Shown: piece after piece, positions 30,590 through 32,000 of the stretch
Numbering within the stretch: the stretch's first letter is position 1
Layout: every line of letters starts with the position of its first letter
Origin: Haloferax volcanii DS2
GTDB lineage: Archaea; Halobacteriota; Halobacteria; Halobacteriales; Haloferacaceae
Assembly (NCBI RefSeq): GCF_000025685.1
Contig: NC_013964.1
Coordinates: 210,001-242,000 of the forward strand
Reading direction: 5' to 3'
Length of the DNA stretch: 32,000 bases
Notes under the pieces: model-generated
Told to the model about the DNA's origin: nothing
Database searches by the model: none
Seen by the model: the letters and a program-made list of their open reading frames with translations, nothing else
Position numbers and translations under genes: made by a program

Positions 30590-32000
30590 CTAGGTCGCTC
30601 GCCGGCGCGCGAGGAGGACCGAGCCGATTACCAGCGCGGCGAGCGCGACCGAGACGCCGAACCCGGGGACGGGCGTGTCGGTGGTGGTCGTCGCGGGCGT
30701 GTTATCGTCGGTCGTCGTCTCCGGAGTCCCTCCCGAGTCGCCGTCCGACCCGTCGGAACCGTCGCCTGCGTCGTCACCGTCGTTCGAGTCGTCGCTGTCG
30801 TCACCAGTGTCGTCATCGTCGCCGTCGTTCGAGTCGTCGCTGTCGCCCGAGTCGTCATCGCCGTCGTTCGAGTCGTCGCTGTCGTCACCAGTGTCGTCAT
30901 CGTCGCCGTCGTCCGGGGAGTCCGTGGACTCGGGCGTGTCGGAGTTCCCGTCGTCCGTATCGTCATCATCACTCTCGTCGTTATCGTCGTCATCTCTATC
31001 GTCGTCGTCATCGTCACTGCCGCCGCCACCACCACCACCGCCGCCACCGGCGTCGTCGTCGGAACCGACCGCGAGCGTCTCGACGCCGTCGACGCTCATC
31101 TCCTTGCCGTCGGCGTCGAACTGGGTGAACCCGTTGAGCCGGTACGAGGCGTCTTCGTCCACGTCCTCGCCGGCGGTCACGCGATACTGGAGCGTGACGT
31201 TCTCGCGGTCGCCGTAAGTGGCGAACAGTTCGTCGTTGGCGTCGCGCACCCCGGAGAAGTCCGCGCCGTCGGCGTCGACGATTTCGACCGACGCGAAGCC
31301 GGGGTTGAACTCCTCGACGACGGTGAAGTTCGTCGCCTCGTCGCCGGTGATTTCGACCGAGACGACGGCCGATTCGCCGGGGTCGAGCGTCTCGTCGTCG
31401 ACCGACCGGGTGAGGTCCCAGTTGTCGTCGTCGTCGGACCCGCTTTGGACGTCGAGCTCGTCCGTTCCACCGGTCGCCGCCTCGGAGCCGTTGACGTCGG
31501 CGAAGCCGTCGAACTGATAGGCCGTTCCGGCGTCCCCGTCGTCGGCCGCTGTCACCTCGTAGACGAGCGAGACCGTCTCGCGGTCGCCGTAGGTCGCGAA
31601 CAGTTCGTCGTTGGCGTCACGGACGCCGGAGAAGTCCGCGCCGTCGGCGTCGACGATTGCCACCGAGTCGAACGCGGGGGTGAACGCCTCGACCAGCGTG
31701 AAGTTCGCCGCCCGGTCGCGGTTGACCTCGACGCGGACGGTCGTCGATTCGCCCGGTTCGAGCGTCGCCTCGTCGACCGACCGGACCACGCTCGCGCCGG
31801 CGTCGGACGAGACGCTAATCTCCTCGTCGCCGGTCGTCGAGGCACGAATATCTTCGAGCCCGAAGTCGCCGTAGCCGGTGAGGTCGTGGGTCGTCGCGGT
31901 CGCGTTATCGGCCGCGGTCACCTCGTAGACGAGGGTGACGTTCTCGCGGTCGCCGTAGGTCGCGAACAGCTCGTCGTTGCCGTCGCGCACCCCGGAGAAG
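30590..32000 (-). CDS. repeat-containing cell-surface protein with an Asp-rich spacer and PGF-CTERM anchor (5' end beyond the window)
   Basis: Frame of ORF 30590..31990 stays open to the window edge. The C-terminus PVPGFGVSVALAALVIGSVLLARRRAT is a PGF-CTERM/archaeosortase signal. At least 3 copies of a about 123-aa domain are present (SGVRDANDELFATYGDRE.V.L.Y.VTA...). Confidence 0.8.
   Translation of the reverse strand, partial: FSGVRDGNDELFATYGDRENVTLVYEVTAADNATATTHDLTGYGDFGLEDIRASTTGDEEISVSSDAGASVVRSVDEATLEPGESTTVRVEVNRDRAANFTLVEAFTPAFDSVAIVDADGADFSGVRDANDELFATYGDRETVSLVYEVTAADDGDAGTAYQFDGFADVNGSEAATGGTDELDVQSGSDDDDNWDLTRSVDDETLDPGESAVVSVEITGDEATNFTVVEEFNPGFASVEIVDADGADFSGVRDANDELFATYGDRENVTLQYRVTAGEDVDEDASYRLNGFTQFDADGKEMSVDGVETLAVGSDDDAGGGGGGGGGGSDDDDDDRDDDDNDESDDDDTDDGNSDTPESTDSPDDGDDDDTGDDSDDSNDGDDDSGDSDDSNDGDDDDTGDDSDDSNDGDDAGDGSDGSDGDSGGTPETTTDDNTPATTTTDTPVPGFGVSVALAALVIGSVLLARRRAT
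30777..30905. repeat. in-frame tandem repeat encoding the Asp/Ser/Asn/Gly-rich spacer
   Basis: The 24-mer CCGTCGTTCGAGTCGTCGCTGTCG occurs at 30777, 30822 and 30861. The 45-nt units 30777-30821 and 30861-30905 are identical. Confidence 0.85.
31202..32000. repeat. about 366-375 bp tandem domain repeats inside the surface-protein gene
   Basis: Anchor CTCGCGGTCGCCGTA occurs at 31202, 31577 and 31943, with long near-identical stretches such as GAACAGTTCGTCGTTGGCGTC...CCGGAGAAGTCCGCGCCGTCGGCGTCGACGAT. Confidence 0.85.

Overview
The window is high-GC, haloarchaeal-type DNA. A typical coding line that I counted (25021-25080) is 72% G+C. Predicted proteins are acidic, secreted binding proteins carry twin-arginine signals plus an 'AGC' lipobox, and one surface protein ends in a PGF-CTERM sorting signal. 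Gene content looks like an accessory or megaplasmid-style region of a Haloferax-like genome. From memory, the multicopper oxidase resembles the LccA laccase of Haloferax volcanii; I cannot verify this here.

I support 27 CDS:
- a ComB-like fragment, a DoxX-like membrane protein, deoxyhypusine synthase and a YgeA-type racemase
- a dppABC-like importer with no ATPase genes
- a complete family-1 ABC importer whose ATPase is short
- a DUF6498-like membrane protein, a wHTH regulator with a small membrane protein, and a LolA-like secreted protein
- a histidine kinase with only a PAS remnant
- an iron-chelate-type binding protein and permease pair with no ATPase
- a nucleoside deaminase
- haloarchaeal-type malate synthase, an IclR regulator, a PAS-GAF sensor and a about 1000-aa GlcD/GlcF-type fused oxidase
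- a DedA protein, the multicopper oxidase, and a repeat-rich PGF-CTERM surface protein

No rRNA, tRNA, CRISPR array or IS element is supported.

The most unusual structure is a 2.5-kb AT-rich island (19013-21493). Lines I counted there are 38% G+C. It holds only one credible gene, the deaminase, and is packed with several families of reiterated short motifs: TATA-like TAATCC words, five exact GTCGATAC copies, and a triplicated TCGAAGTTGGGC-TATA module that includes the malate synthase promoter.

The second candidate is a glcDEFGB-like glycolate-to-malate module built from non-orthologous parts (fused oxidase plus haloarchaeal malate synthase). It carries a split PAS-GAF / IclR regulatory pair.

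Both interpretations are inference. I found no recognisable defence or mobile system.
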